Assembly: GCA_048013815.1 (NCBI GenBank)
Contig: CM106585.1
Location: 22,134,001-22,198,000, forward strand
Source: Setoptus koraiensis
Lineage: Eukaryota; Animalia; Arthropoda
Length of the DNA stretch: 64,000 nt
Direction of reading: 5' to 3'
Of this stretch, positions 12,082 through 24,463 are shown piece by piece. The translations under genes and the position numbers were made by a program. The notes beneath the pieces are model-generated. The model was given only the letters and a program-made list of their open reading frames with translations, did no database searches and was not told the origin of the DNA. Numbering within the stretch: position 1 is the first letter of the stretch; the number at the start of each line of letters is the position of its first letter.

Positions 12082-12873
12082 TTAGGCAGATAAGGGTTGC
12101 CCCTCGTCTAGAAATTCCCCAACTTTTGGTAGGCTGGTTGTCGACTGATCGGTGTCATCTTTCAAGATGGCAACCGAGGTCAATTTGTTAACTTTGGGAG
12201 GGACATTAGACTGAATGCTGGCTGGTACAGAGTCAGATCTATCTTCAAAGGAAGAATCGATTGGCGCCGAGTGGAACGGTTTCGGTGATAATACTGAATG
12301 ACGATGATGATCGGAAACTGTTTTTGGTTTTTGTGTTGCTTGTTGTGGCGATACATCGTAGAGATAAATAGCTCTGTCGGTGCGAATGGCATCGTTGATG
12401 TTGAACTTGATAATTTCTCGCACTGGCGTCGGTACATCGGTCGAGTCGGAGCTTCTCGCTTGGTAAACAGTTTGGTAGACTGTTTCTTGTTTATTGATGG
12501 GAGCACCGGCTCCACTAGACACTATCGGTAGCCAATCACTGGTTCGGCCAGGCATGAGTGCAGACGACGGCGTCTTGCTGCTTCCGTTGGAGCGGCTAGT
12601 AATGTTATTGACCCGCGCTGTTACTGTTTCCTTGTTGTTTTGGTTGGTTGGGCTTATTTCATGGACAATAACTATTGGTCTAGACTGAGAGCGAGAAAAA
12701 TCCATGGGCCCAGAAAAAAGGTATCTGTAGCCGCTATCCAGACGCTGTGTCAGCCAAATCCAGGGCCACTTGATAAGCGACTCAAGTGTCTTGCACGATT
12801 CCACTGGGTGCAGCGGTGCAAGCGCAATTGCAATAATGAGCGCACATAGAGTGGCGCTGGCAGTGGGTCTCAT
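12082..12873 (-). CDS. Single-exon predicted secreted S/T/P-rich protein, 263 aa, function unknown
   Basis: The ATG at 12873 gives MRPTASATLCALIIAIALAPLHPVES, which resembles a signal peptide, then an open frame to TAA at 12082. The upstream part of the track ORF is AT-rich and looks non-coding. Confidence 0.7.
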   Translation of the reverse strand: MRPTASATLCALIIAIALAPLHPVESCKTLESLIKWPWIWLTQRLDSGYRYLFSGPMDFSRSQSRPIVIVHEISPTNQNNKETVTARVNNITSRSNGSSKTPSSALMPGRTSDWLPIVSSGAGAPINKQETVYQTVYQARSSDSTDVPTPVREIIKFNINDAIRTDRAIYLYDVSPQQATQKPKTVSDHHRHSVLSPKPFHSAPIDSSFEDRSDSVPASIQSNVPPKVNKLTSVAILKDDTDQSTTSLPKVGEFLDEGQPLSA

Positions 12874-14501
12874 ACTTGAATACTTTGCTTGGTTTGGGAT
12901 ATTTTGCAGATGCAATTTCGGCCAAGTGATGATAATATATTGATGATACAAAATAAATAAATTGGTTAATACATTATTATGCCATGCACACGCATTGCGC
13001 CTGCGATAAAATAAATAAAATGAAACAAACAACTTGTTATAACGGAACAGGTGATACATGCACCCACACAAGATGGGCGCTGCAACACGTGATGGGCTGG
13101 CTTCTTTGTTTGGGTGCTAACGTCTGGTGTGCATTGGCGCAACGGTGCACACTGTGCGGGTGAAGGTGCACAGAAGTGCAACAAAGCGTCATTGTGGCAC
13201 CTGCACCAAGCACCATAATGGAGCCTTCACTGGCACCAGGTCGCACGCCCTCCGCTGTGAGCGTTACTAACTAATTCAGTAACTAATTCAGTAGTAATTC
13301 AGTTATTACTTTCAGGCGGCGGATCTCGACTCGGTCATTCGATTGCGGAGTACCCCGGTCGCCCGACAAACAAAAAATTCCCAAAATGGACGATTGCCTG
13401 ACTGTCTGACAAGACTAACCAGCACAAACAACGAACGAACCAACCAACAGTCTGTTGGCAACACAACCTAAATTGCTGTCCCGCTTGAGCCCGGCAAAAA
13501 TACTGAAGTAAATAACGCGAAAGTGTCCGATAAATTCGCACAACATTCTAAGCCTTAGAATCTAAGGTGTCGCCCGGCTCCAGAGACCCGAGGGGCAGTG
13601 TGCACATTCTGCGATAGAATGCCACAGCCAAACAAATTGGTGCCTGTGCGGGCTTTGTCTCGCACAATGGGCACAGTGCGGCAGTTGGGACGTGCCTGCA
13701 ACAATTGAGCAGCCAGACATTGTGTCGTCGGTTGTGGGAATGGCGCGCATGCAGGCATTCGTGCGCTGTGCAGGGCGAAAAGCAAAAAGTTCGACATACC
13801 GGCGTGTTTGATTGTTGACACAGTGTTAATAGTCACTAATGACTGGAAATGCGATTAGTTGTTGTCACTGGCACCAACTGTAACTACCTGGCTACCGAAT
13901 AATCAGTTGAACAGTTCGACTGTCGAACTGCAATAATTGCATTCGATTCCAGACCGAATTTGTGCGTGCGCATCGACGCATGCGCTCCGATTTGTCGGAT
14001 TTAAAATTTGCACCGGCTGCGCATGCTCTAATAGAAATATCCATCTAATAGAATGTGTGTTGTGTTCATCGGGCAGCTTTTGTCTATATTGTGTTTACGT
14101 ACAAGTATAATTGTTGCGTTTATCTCTCCGCCATGTTTCGCCCTATCTGTTCTTGCCTAATCTATAGAGTGGGCACTACACTAAACCCATGCAATAATCT
14201 TACATTTTAACACACACACGCACACAATTCGCTTCAGATGTTGCCATCATTATTATCCTGTGTATCCACTTTAAAAAAAGAGAGAGAAGAGAAAAAACTG
14301 ACAAAAAAGCCCCAAGCCAACTCTCAAACGGCCACCACTTCTCATTTTGTTTTATAAGTGACCGAGATAAGAGATACGAGATAAGAGATATGGGATAAGA
14401 GAGTGAGCGAGAGCGAGAAAGTGGGAGAGAGAGAGATACAAATAAATACATACGACTACCAGTATATGTATATATAGATCAGTGGTGTGTTTGGAATTTC
14501 A

Positions 14502-15197
14502 ATGAGCTCCCATCATCAAGTATCATCATCAAGTATCATCATGGATTCAATAGTAGCCACAGTTGAAGCATCATCAGGGGTGTCTCAACAAGCGTCCTCG
14601 CTTACGACAAACAGTATTAATAGCGCCAATAATAATAATAATAATCATAATAATCACCATCATTTATGTCAGAACAGTATCAACACACCAACAACAACAC
14701 CCACCACCACAACAACAACAGCAACAGCACCAACAACCACCACGGCATCACCAACAGCAGTAACAACGCCGCCAGTGACAATTAAAATTGATTCACCAAT
14801 TACGCCGCCAACATTGACTAGAACAGGTTCCTCATCGTCTTCTGCAACTCCCTCTGCAGCAGCAGCACCAGCACCAGGAGCTTCATCATCATCATCATCA
14901 ATAGCAGCAGCCACCTCACAAGCACCTCCGCCAGCCTCACTCATTGGTCTAGTTAACATACATCAACATTATCAACAGCAACAACCATCTTTATTGCATC
15001 ATTATCATCAAACAACAACAACAAGTCAACAACAGAGCCAACAAGAGCTGCTCACACAACCGCAAAATATTCACCATCAAACTACACATCAAAACCATAC
15101 CAGTGTCAATCACCAGCATCACCAGGTTGATCATCATCATCACTCAAATTATCAGTATCAAATACAACAACAACAACAGCAACAACAACAACAGCAA

Positions 15198-15228
<31 letters not shown>

Positions 15229-15419
15229 AACTTCAACACTTACAATTGCACCACCAACAACATCATCATTTGCCGGCTCATCAGCACGGCCAACAACAAC
15301 AGATTACTTCACAACATTCGCAACAATTGGCAACATTGCATCAACAGCAAGGATTAGCAACGGCTCAGTTACAGCCTCATACACACTACAATAACCTATA
15401 TCATTCCCATCACCATCTT

Positions 15420-15451
<32 letters not shown>

Positions 15452-15722
15452 ACCACAACAACAGCATCATCATCATAATGCCACACAACAATTGCAGAGC
15501 CAAGCATCGCACCCTCATCATCAGCCGCAACAACAGCAACAACAGAGGGCTATCAGTCAGCATGCAAATGATAGCAACAACAATCATCAACGAAGAAAAA
15601 GAAGAGTCTTGTTCACACAAAATCAAGTGTCGGAACTGGAGCGACGATTCAAGATTTCAAAATATTTAACGGCACCAGAGAGAGAAGCTCTCGCTCATCT
15701 TATCTCATTGACACCAACACAG
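14502..15722 (+). CDS. scro: NK2.1/scarecrow-like homeobox gene, coding exon 1 (T/H/Q-rich N-terminus plus homeodomain residues 1-44)
   Basis: First in-frame ATG is at 14502. [44 protein letters not shown] (15591-15722) ends at the donor CAG|GTAAGC, phase 0. An additional upstream exon cannot be excluded. Confidence 0.88.
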
Positions 15723-16149
15723 GTAAGCAACTTGACAGCCACTTGCATCCTTATGAGCATTGGGCGAGCCTATAATGTATGGCTAAATTGTTCTGACATA
15801 ACAGTTGTTACGTCCAACAATGTGGATCACGTCAAACAATCCATATCCCGCTGTGATAAAATGATCAATTTATTATTTAAGATGTGATAAGTTCGCACAA
15901 ATAACTTGTACCATTGATCATTCGTTCAACTTTGGATTCATTCATGTGAAAAAAATGAATAGAATTCTTCACTATTGTCAGTTAGAGAGCATGAACTCTC
16001 AAATACGAATGCTTTTATGAATGAATGATTTGATTCATGAACTCTTACGAAATTACTACTTCGGATGTGCTTTGCAACAAAAATAATAGCCAAAAATTCC
16101 ATTCACTTTATTTCGTTTCAATTATAATTAACACACTAATGTTGTTTAG

Positions 16150-17235
16150 GTCAAGATATGGTTCCAAAATCATCGTTACAAGTGTAAACGTCAATCAAAG
16201 GATAGCAAAACAATGAGTGAACCATCATCGCCTCGTTCTTCACTAGTGGACAATAGTAGTTATGCCAATAACCATGACGACTTTGATGAGGATGAAGAAG
16301 ATTCACACTCTAGAGAATACCCGTCAAGTCTGTCGCATACTAATAATTTTACTCTGAATTATCAGACCCAGCAACAGCAACAACAACAGCAAAATAATCA
16401 CCACATTAATCACAGGCATTATCAAGCTTCCGCTACATTGGTGCATCATCATCATGCCAGCAATTCATCTTCGTTAACTACTCCATTGGCTACATCAAAC
16501 ACAGTTGCATCACATTCAGTACCATCTACTATAGGCCATCAACAGGCTACAACAGGATTCGATAGTCCGAGTGGCAGCAGTGGTAGTAATAAATTACATA
16601 ATCATCACTATCATCTTCAGTCCAATTGTACAAGTCCATCTCCGTCTGTCTTGGCAAATGGAACAACCAATACACAAACTAATTTGATGGCCTCACTAAA
16701 AGAGCCACCATTGTTTGGTTCAATAACAAACAAAAGTGTTGTTAATCCACCTTCATCAGGTCATCAAGCTTTTAATACCCAATTGATTGTTGGCATGAAT
16801 CATAATCACAATCAGCATCATCAAGCTTTGAATCATCAACATCATAGTATTTACAATGGTCTCAATTATGGCTCCACCACTAGCAGTAACTACGGTGGTG
16901 GCAATCATGCTTATCCTACAACAATGGCTTCAATGGCTTCGTCTTCAATTGCGGCAGCCGCAGCAGCGGATTATTCCGATTACGCCATGCCTGATGCACA
17001 AACAATGATAGCACCATCGGGTGCTCTTCATAGTAGCATGCAACAGCAACAACAACAGATTTTGTATCATCAAGACCTACAAACTAGGCGAACTTTGATT
17101 GATCATCACAAGATAATAGGTAGCAATCAGTCGGCTTTAATTTATCCCACTAGCACTTTAGGCGTCAATCATTATGATGCTATGTCAAACAATAATCAAC
17201 ACTTGATGGCTATCAACCGACACGGTCATCACTAA
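16150..17235 (+). CDS. scro: NK2.1/scarecrow-like homeobox gene, coding exon 2 (helix 3 plus low-complexity C-terminus); joined protein about 768 aa
   Basis: Acceptor TTGTTTAG|GTC AAG ATA TGG TTC CAA AAT CAT CGT TAC AAG TGT = VKIWFQNHRYKCKRQ. Tyr54 is the NK2-class hallmark, and HRYKCKRQ matches scro rather than vnd (HRYKTKRA). Confidence 0.9.
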   Translation, partial: VKIWFQNHRYKCKRQSKDSKTMSEPSSPRSSLVDNSSYANNHDDFDEDEEDSHSREYPSSLSHTNNFTLNYQTQQQQQQQQNNHHINHRHYQASATLVHHHHASNSSSLTTPLATSNTVASHSVPSTIGHQQATTGFDSPSGSSGSNKLHNHHYHLQSNCTSPSPSVLANGTTNTQTNLMASLKEPPLFGSITNKSVVNPPSSGHQAFNTQLIVGMNHNHNQHHQALNHQHHSIYNGLNYGSTTSSNYGGGNHAYPTTMASMASSSIAAAAAADYSDYAMPDAQTMIAPSGALHSSMQQQQQQILYHQDLQTRRTLIDHHKIIGSNQSALIYPTSTLGVNHYDAMSNNNQHLMAINRHGHH

Positions 17236-17420
17236 ACGACGGGTGGCCTGACATTGAGTATATAGTACACTGTTGGCGCATATAGTGGCATCTTCTTCGC
17301 TCATGATTCTTTAGCGGATTCCTTCGGCTGACCACAATACAAATATTTAGCAAAGAGAGTGACACTGTAGGAATATGAGCTAGCAGAATGAGTAGTAGTG
17401 AGGGAAAACGCACGGCTAAA

Positions 17421-17490
17421 CACACACACACACACACACACATACACTCAAATATCACAACATATCAAAACAAATAGAAGAATCAAACGC

Positions 17491-17519
<29 letters not shown>
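17421..17519. repeat. (CA)11 at 17421-17442 and (AG)14 at 17492-17519 downstream of the homeobox stop
   Basis: Read directly. Confidence 0.9.
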
Positions 17520-17523
<4 letters not shown>

Positions 17524-19793
17524 TGAAATACAAACTCAAGCGCTCTGTTTGAGGCAACAGCTGGAATGGAAAAGGAAGAAGCTGAAGGTGAGAAACAGAG
17601 GATAAACACTGGCATAGAGAGCCAAAATCAAGACGCAAAAGGTCGAACGCTAGTAGGTGAGGTCAAGCTGTAGGAATGAATTTTTTATTATTGAAAAACT
17701 GCAAGATTTCTAAATTGGAATTGATTCGTGTAAGAAAAATGAGTCAACAAAGTGCAATAGATAACACACAGAGAGCAAGCGAGGGCAAAAGTAAACAAAG
17801 ATAGTGGTTTTCACAGTTGAACACATGCACACACTTTTATAGCGCCAAGAGTGGCTTCTCTATATAAATCCAAGAGAAGTATAGGACATTTCGCATTGTT
17901 CTTGGATGATGTACGTAACAAGTGATTGTTCAATTATCGGCTCACGGATCATTGGGTTTGAATATCGAGCATGCATGAGAGCTAGATTCGTGGGCCAAAT
18001 AGTTTTGCTAGAGATCAACAATTAAACCGGATTACAATAATAGCTACAACAACAACAACAATAGTATTAATAATAATAAAAGTATGCGTATGTATTTACA
18101 CCTCAACATGACACCTCTGATGTATTGATTGAATACTGTAATCACATACACGATCATAACTATAATGCTATCGACAATAATCCTACTTGATGACTTGAGC
18201 AACAATAGTACCATTACAATTGGCACGGATAATGCCGACTCTCATCATTTCCGTTTCGTAGCAATACTTGGCTAGTTTCACACACAGCCAGTGGTAGTAT
18301 AGACACTGAGTTTTGTTAGAGATTAGCGTTCTGGCATATACTGCTAACTGTGGTATGTTTTAGTTGATGTGTTCTCTCGTGTTTTTTCTTTACACAAAAT
18401 AATGATAGTCGTGGGCATCGAATGCACGCGCGGGAGAGAGCGAGAGGGACACGGTGAGCCAGTTCATTGTGTGATTGCCATTGGTGCCCATTGGTATCGT
18501 GGCTACACATCATGGGGTCATTAATGTATGGCGCGCCTTCGTTATTTTATTTCCACCAACAACATTATCATTGGTGAGGTTATTATTAGAGACGTGTGTA
18601 CCTAATCAAGACAGCAGCACGGATAACAATGGCATAATTTGACAGATATTCATTCATGGGGCACACTGAGGGTATCAGTTGGCTGTGACAACGGCCACCG
18701 ACAACAAATAGGTCCCACAATTGATGGTGGTTACCGTGACAGAATCAAAACGAATCAAATCAATATTGGGCGCGCGCGGGGTCAGACCAATTTGAATGAC
18801 AATTGGACAATGGTAAGAAGCAGTTGTTTTCTTTTAGCACAATGGGCTCTATTATTTGATATTGCGGAAAACGCTAACGACAGAGAACGGACGACATTCC
18901 ACGCAATGCGGTTACAGTAGTGACGGTGGTTGGCAGTGCAGCAACAGTAGTGTGGACAGGGCTTTGTTGTTGTTGTTGTTGCTGAGGGTCGCCCTGTGGG
19001 TTTGATTTGGAAATTAATTCAAATAGAATAGTGACAGAGGAATAACTTGATTATAATGATCGCTGCTCTCGTTCTTTTGTTGTCCGAACAACTTGGGCTC
19101 TCGGTTGTGCCCGACGTCTCTCTTCGTTTTTGCCACTATTGTGCAACGCTGCTTTCAATGATAGTAAATACCATAAACAACCATTTATAATGATGATGTG
19201 TTAATGGAGCCTCAGACAAACCGGTCGTGGTCAAACTGGTTGTGTCTTCAATGGGCGCTCGGTTTTCTTCGGGACCGTGATGCTCAACCGTGATGTCTGG
19301 TCGGGTCTGGTCACTGGCCCGGCCAGGGCGAGTGAGATCGCTCGAGGAGGCACTCGAGGGGCCGCGTGCACGCTCTTGGTCATTGTCAGTCACCAGTGTA
19401 ACTGCTTATGCTGCTCTGGTATATAATCTCTGTTATATCTCAGAATTTATCACAAAACTATGTGAGCTTGTTGGGCAAAATGCGCGTGCTGATGTCGGCC
19501 GGCTCAAGTGGAAGTCGCCAGTCGATTGCTGGCAGTGGCCAAAGGTAGTAGAATAATAATGGATAAAAAATGTCAAGATAACGCAGCAACTGATGACTGC
19601 TGCATCAATCTGAGCACAGCAAAGCAGCTACAAATGGGGTCACATATAGGTGAATTAAGGCTGAGCTATATAGGTGGTCATTAGGGGGCGATAGGCACAC
19701 AATTGTTTACTCTTTTGCCTCCGTTCCACATTTTGCTCAGATTTACAGTTACTACAATAGTGGTCATTATTTTTCGATCAATCTTATTATCTC

Positions 19794-19862
19794 TGTCGCT
19801 GTTGTCGTCGTCGTTGTTGTCGTCGTTGTTGTCGTCGTTGTTGTTGTCGTTGTTGTTGTCGT

Positions 19863-19921
<59 letters not shown>

Positions 19922-19930
19922 ATGTTGCTG
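19794..19930. repeat. Compound (GTT/GTC)n and (GCTGTT)n microsatellite
   Basis: Read directly; source of the poly-L and poly-TA ORFs. Confidence 0.9.
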
Positions 19931-22900
19931 GCAACAGCTCATAAGCGAGCAAACAATGTAGGCTGAGCCATCGCTATGAGCACCAATGGCTGCTGCTGCC
20001 AGCTATTAGTTGCTGGATATTGGAGCACGCATCACAAGCACCAAACAACAACAAACGATGCACCGTGATTTATGACAATTTAATGAACTGCACCAATGAT
20101 TGGCCTCGACTCGAAACTGCAACTCGCCCAGCGTCAATTGTGTGTCATGCATGACGGTCGTCAAGCCCGCGGGCCACTCTGTTGCTGTCCTATAAAGAGC
20201 ATTTGGGCTCACCTGAACCCGATACGCGCGATATAAGCCCGACGCAAGCCCGATGCAAGCCCGACGCAAGCCTGGTGCAAGCCCGATATAAGCCCGATAT
20301 AAGCTGTCTAGCTAATGGCGCCTATATGGCTTCTCGTCAAATAACGTGCTATATATATATGTATATTGCTGGCCGTGTTGTTGTCGTGGGCACCTATGCG
20401 AACGTATGTGTGTGTGTGTGTGTCATAAACACATTGTTTTGTGTATGCGCTGGTTGGCAACACCACCAGATACAAAGGGGCCAGCGATGTGTTTGTTCGC
20501 TTCACTTACTAGTGCTGCCAGTTGCTGTTGGCAGCGCCAGTGAGGCCCACGATTGAGCATATTCATTGGCCAATGTCGGGCCGGTAACCAGGCAAATTGC
20601 TCGTGCGCGTCCGAATCAAACGCTGCAACGTGCTGGTGCGTGCGCGTTATTTGCATAAACATTGTGTATTTGGTCGAGGGTGATAATTGTACAATTAAAG
20701 GCGCCTACCATTATTACTGTTATCACTATTTGGGTGCCTATTTGGGTTGTTGCTGGCCATCGGTGGCTGTAGTTGGCGCTGTTGTTGTCGTTGTTGGCGC
20801 TGTTGTTGTCGCTGTTGTCGCTGTTGTTGTGGCCGCTGTTGTAGCTGTCGTTGGTGCGGCTGTGCAACTGTCAACGCGTTGTCAACAGCAAGCCCAATCA
20901 TCAGTCAGTTGGCTGTGAAATTGCTGTTTGTCAATTGTGTGTGTGTGTGTGTACAAATAGCTCCATTGATTGTCACACAGCGGCAAAGTAAACTCAACTG
21001 ACGGCCAGCCAAACACACTGGCGCTATGCAACATCAACGGCAACACCAGCGCCAACGCCAGCGCCAACACCAGCGCCAACATCAACGGCAACATCAGCGC
21101 CAATATCGGCGCCAATGTCAGCGGCAATATTGAGCAAACAATGGGTTGCCGTTGTTGTTGGTCGACGGCACACTGGCCTTCGATTGAGATATCATTGATT
21201 GTCGGCCCGAACGGTGGGCACGTCGGAACGGTGCGCGTTCGGCCAATCGGGGCTGCGTGCAACGCGGCACCGCGAGCCGGATGCTGGCCGATGCTGACGG
21301 ATGCCGCCACGACACGGCCAATAATAACGATTGGCCATTTGCTGCCGGCTGCTGCCTGTCCGAAGATCAGATCAAATAGCGGACAGCTCGAGCCTCGAGA
21401 TTGACAATCATGATACGCGCGCCGTTGTATATATACGATTGTCAGTGGCGGCTGCGGCGTTGGCGTTGGCGCGATCATCGCGAGCCAGCCCCAAATAATT
21501 GCAGCGACAGAGCGCCGGTCGCAGCGCAGTGAGTCAAAGAGCAATTACAGCTCTGCGTTGTTGTGTCGTCACTCGTCACTCGACGGTGCGCTGGTCAGTT
21601 GGGGCCGGTCGAGCCACAGTGGCCAGTGGGGCCAGCGTGGCTGCACAGAGGTAAGCAAACAGCAAAAACAAGAACGGAAACCGACGGCGCCTCTGAATGC
21701 GTGTTTACTTAGCGGGCCCAAACCTAGAGACCGGCCGCGATAGGTGCCAACCGGCCAGCGTGAACCGGCCAGCGCAAATCGGCCAGCGCAAATCGGCCAA
21801 CAGCGTGAACTTTGCGTGGGCGCTGCGACGCAGTCTGGCAATTTGGTCTGGCCATTTGGCCAGTTAGGCGCGAGCAAGCGCCGCTGTGATTGGTGGCACA
21901 GCGAGGCGATAATTAAAGACACGGCACACGGCCAACAAACAAACTAAGCGGCGCAACATTGTCCACGGTCGTATGATGCGACTCGCATGTCGGTCGTCAC
22001 TCGGCGACAACTCGTTCCGTCTCAATTGATTTGTTCACGCTCACTTGGTCGCTCACTTTGGCCCGTGCGCTGCGTCACAGTTACAACTGATATGAACAGT
22101 TACAACTGCGATGACCAGTTACAACTGCGATGACCAGTTACAACTGCGATGCTCAGTTGCATAACTTGCAACTGGACAATCGTGAGACAGCGGCCAATCG
22201 GCAAACAGAAGCGTCGACTAATGACAGACGTTGGCTCGCTCGTTGTCACCGAATGACTGTTGCGCGTACCGGCGGCCGGACAGTCGACAGTTGGCTGTTG
22301 GGCCTCTGATTGTCGCCTCGCTGTTGAGCCAACTAATAGTTGGCAACTACCGACTGTCCGGCCGGCGATCGCGCTGCCCAACGGCCGCCAGGTGAGCTGC
22401 CCGACGAGCCAGCAAGCTCGCCGGCGTCCGTTGAATCGATGGCGCTGATCGGGCTTTTGTGCCGCTGAGATTGCCACAGCTTTCGTGCTGGTGAGATTGT
22501 CGAAACGAGAGCACACTGGCCGCAGTCGGGGCAACGTCAGACGGGAATAAACGTCATCGGGCGACCCGCTCAGCTTGTCGGCGGCGCTGCCAGCGCGTCT
22601 ACCTGAGCCACAAGCGACCTGCTTGCTCAGCCGATACACAAAGAGCGTCTGCAAACATGTTCAACTTGTTGTTTGTCTTTCCTTCTCTCCGCTTCTCTTC
22701 TGTTCGCTTCTTCTGTTCGCTTCTTTTCTCGTCTGTTCGCCTCTCTTCTGTTCGCTTCTCGGCTCTTCGGTTGGCCGGTCTGCGCCGAACCGGCCGACCG
22801 CTTGTTGGCCGCTCAACTGGCCGATTGGCGAGTTGCTGCTTGTGTCAATAGTCGAGAATTAAATAAAAGAGAAATTATTTTTCATATTTCATACGTTTTC

Positions 22901-24366
22901 AGCAGCAGCAGCAGGGCGAAACGCACACAACACACACACACACACACACAAAGCGAGCGAGAAACGGTCGCATTCAGGTGCGAACGAATCACCTTCGGAC
23001 ATCTCAATCGCAGCCATGATCGACAACGGTCACACCAGCAGCCTCTTTGTTGGCCACTGTCCGCTGGTCAGCGCGCACAAGTGAGCACAAGTGAGCAGTT
23101 GTGAGCGCTGGTGAGCGCTGGTGAGAGGTTGTGATTTGCGCTGACGGCTCAACTGGTCGCCACTGGTCTCTGGTGCGGTCAAGCAGCGGCCAGCAGTTGA
23201 GCGTTAATCAGACACCTCTTGACAATGCTCGCTGTGGCTCGCGTGCGATTGCCCGAGACGCGGTTGGCACGTGAAGAATGCTCGTGCAAACAACCGGCCA
23301 CTGGCACAACCGCACACGTACAACGTGCCAATGGTGCGAGCTGGCACCTTTACGAGCTGCCACGGCCACAACCGAACCAACCAACAAAGTGGCGCAGTGA
23401 GGACGAAACAAACCCTAGCAATGGGCACAACAAGTAGCCGTGGTAGTGGGAGTGAGCAACAGCCAGTCGCTGGCTGACAAGTTGTGAGTGTTGTCGGTAT
23501 GCAAGGAATGCGCAGCACAACCAGTTATGACACTTGAGCTAACTCAATTGTCGCTCACCATTGTCAGTGGCTCGCAAAGGTGAGCAACATGCATCGTTCG
23601 ACTGTTCGCTGGTGCCGGTGCCAGTTATTTGCCAAATCAGTGTGTTTATAAGTAATCAGTTTATCAGTAATCGGCTTGTGTGTTCGCCTTGTTTGCAGAT
23701 ATTTCATGACGCAACAGCCACGACAACAACTATGGAAACAACAACAACAACAGCGGCAACAACAGCGGCAACAACAGCAACAACAACAGCAACAACAACG
23801 ACAGCGACAAGAGCAACAACAGCGATGGCAAGACGGCAGAACACACACGAAGTTGAGCTGTTGTCGAGCTGTCATTGTGCGATTGGCAAATTGCGCTGAC
23901 GTTTTGTTTGGTTACTCGAGCGACGGGCCGGCCGGCATTGAGACACCGGCTACCGTGCTGGCGCGGCTCCCGATCGCTCGATACCAATATCGGCCGATCG
24001 AGCGGTCGGCGTGGAGAGCGATTATGACGTTGGTTCACGTTAGGCAGCCAACAAGCGAACGTGTGTGTGTGTCGAGTGCGAGTGAAACAAGAAAATGTAA
24101 AATAAACAAGAGAGGAGAGCGATTTAAAATGAGCGAGCTGCCAACTGACAAAGTGAGCAAACAATATAGGTTCTCTTTTTGATAGCTTGTGACGCTGGCC
24201 AGTTGAGTTGATGATAATAATAAGTCGCATCATCTCAACAGCTCATTATTATGCTGCCTTAATAGTGGCTGCTCACTGCTCTGGCTGCCGGCTCACGATC
24301 GATCGGTGGCCATTTCAGGCGCATCGGCTGCCACCGTCGAGCTTGCATCGTTTACCGGGCTTTTAC

Positions 24367-24463
24367 TGAGCTTCTATCGGGCTTCCATTGAGCTTCGATC
24401 GGCATTGAGCTTCTATCGGCATTGAGCTTCTATCGGCAGTGAGCTTCTATCGGCAGTGAGCTG
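24367..24463. repeat. 17-bp minisatellite TGAGCTTCTATCGGCA(T/G), about 5 copies
   Basis: Units start at 24389, 24406, 24423 and 24440, with degenerate units at 24367 and 24457. Confidence 0.9.

Noticed and set aside
13560-13800. Cys/His-rich frames suggesting a Gag zinc knuckle
   Set aside because: The spacing does not fit CX2CX4HX4C in any single frame.
20882-21544. 220-aa minus ORF and 144-aa plus ORF
   Set aside because: Driven by a 12-bp GCCAAC-type repeat and GC richness; non-ATG starts and no domain.
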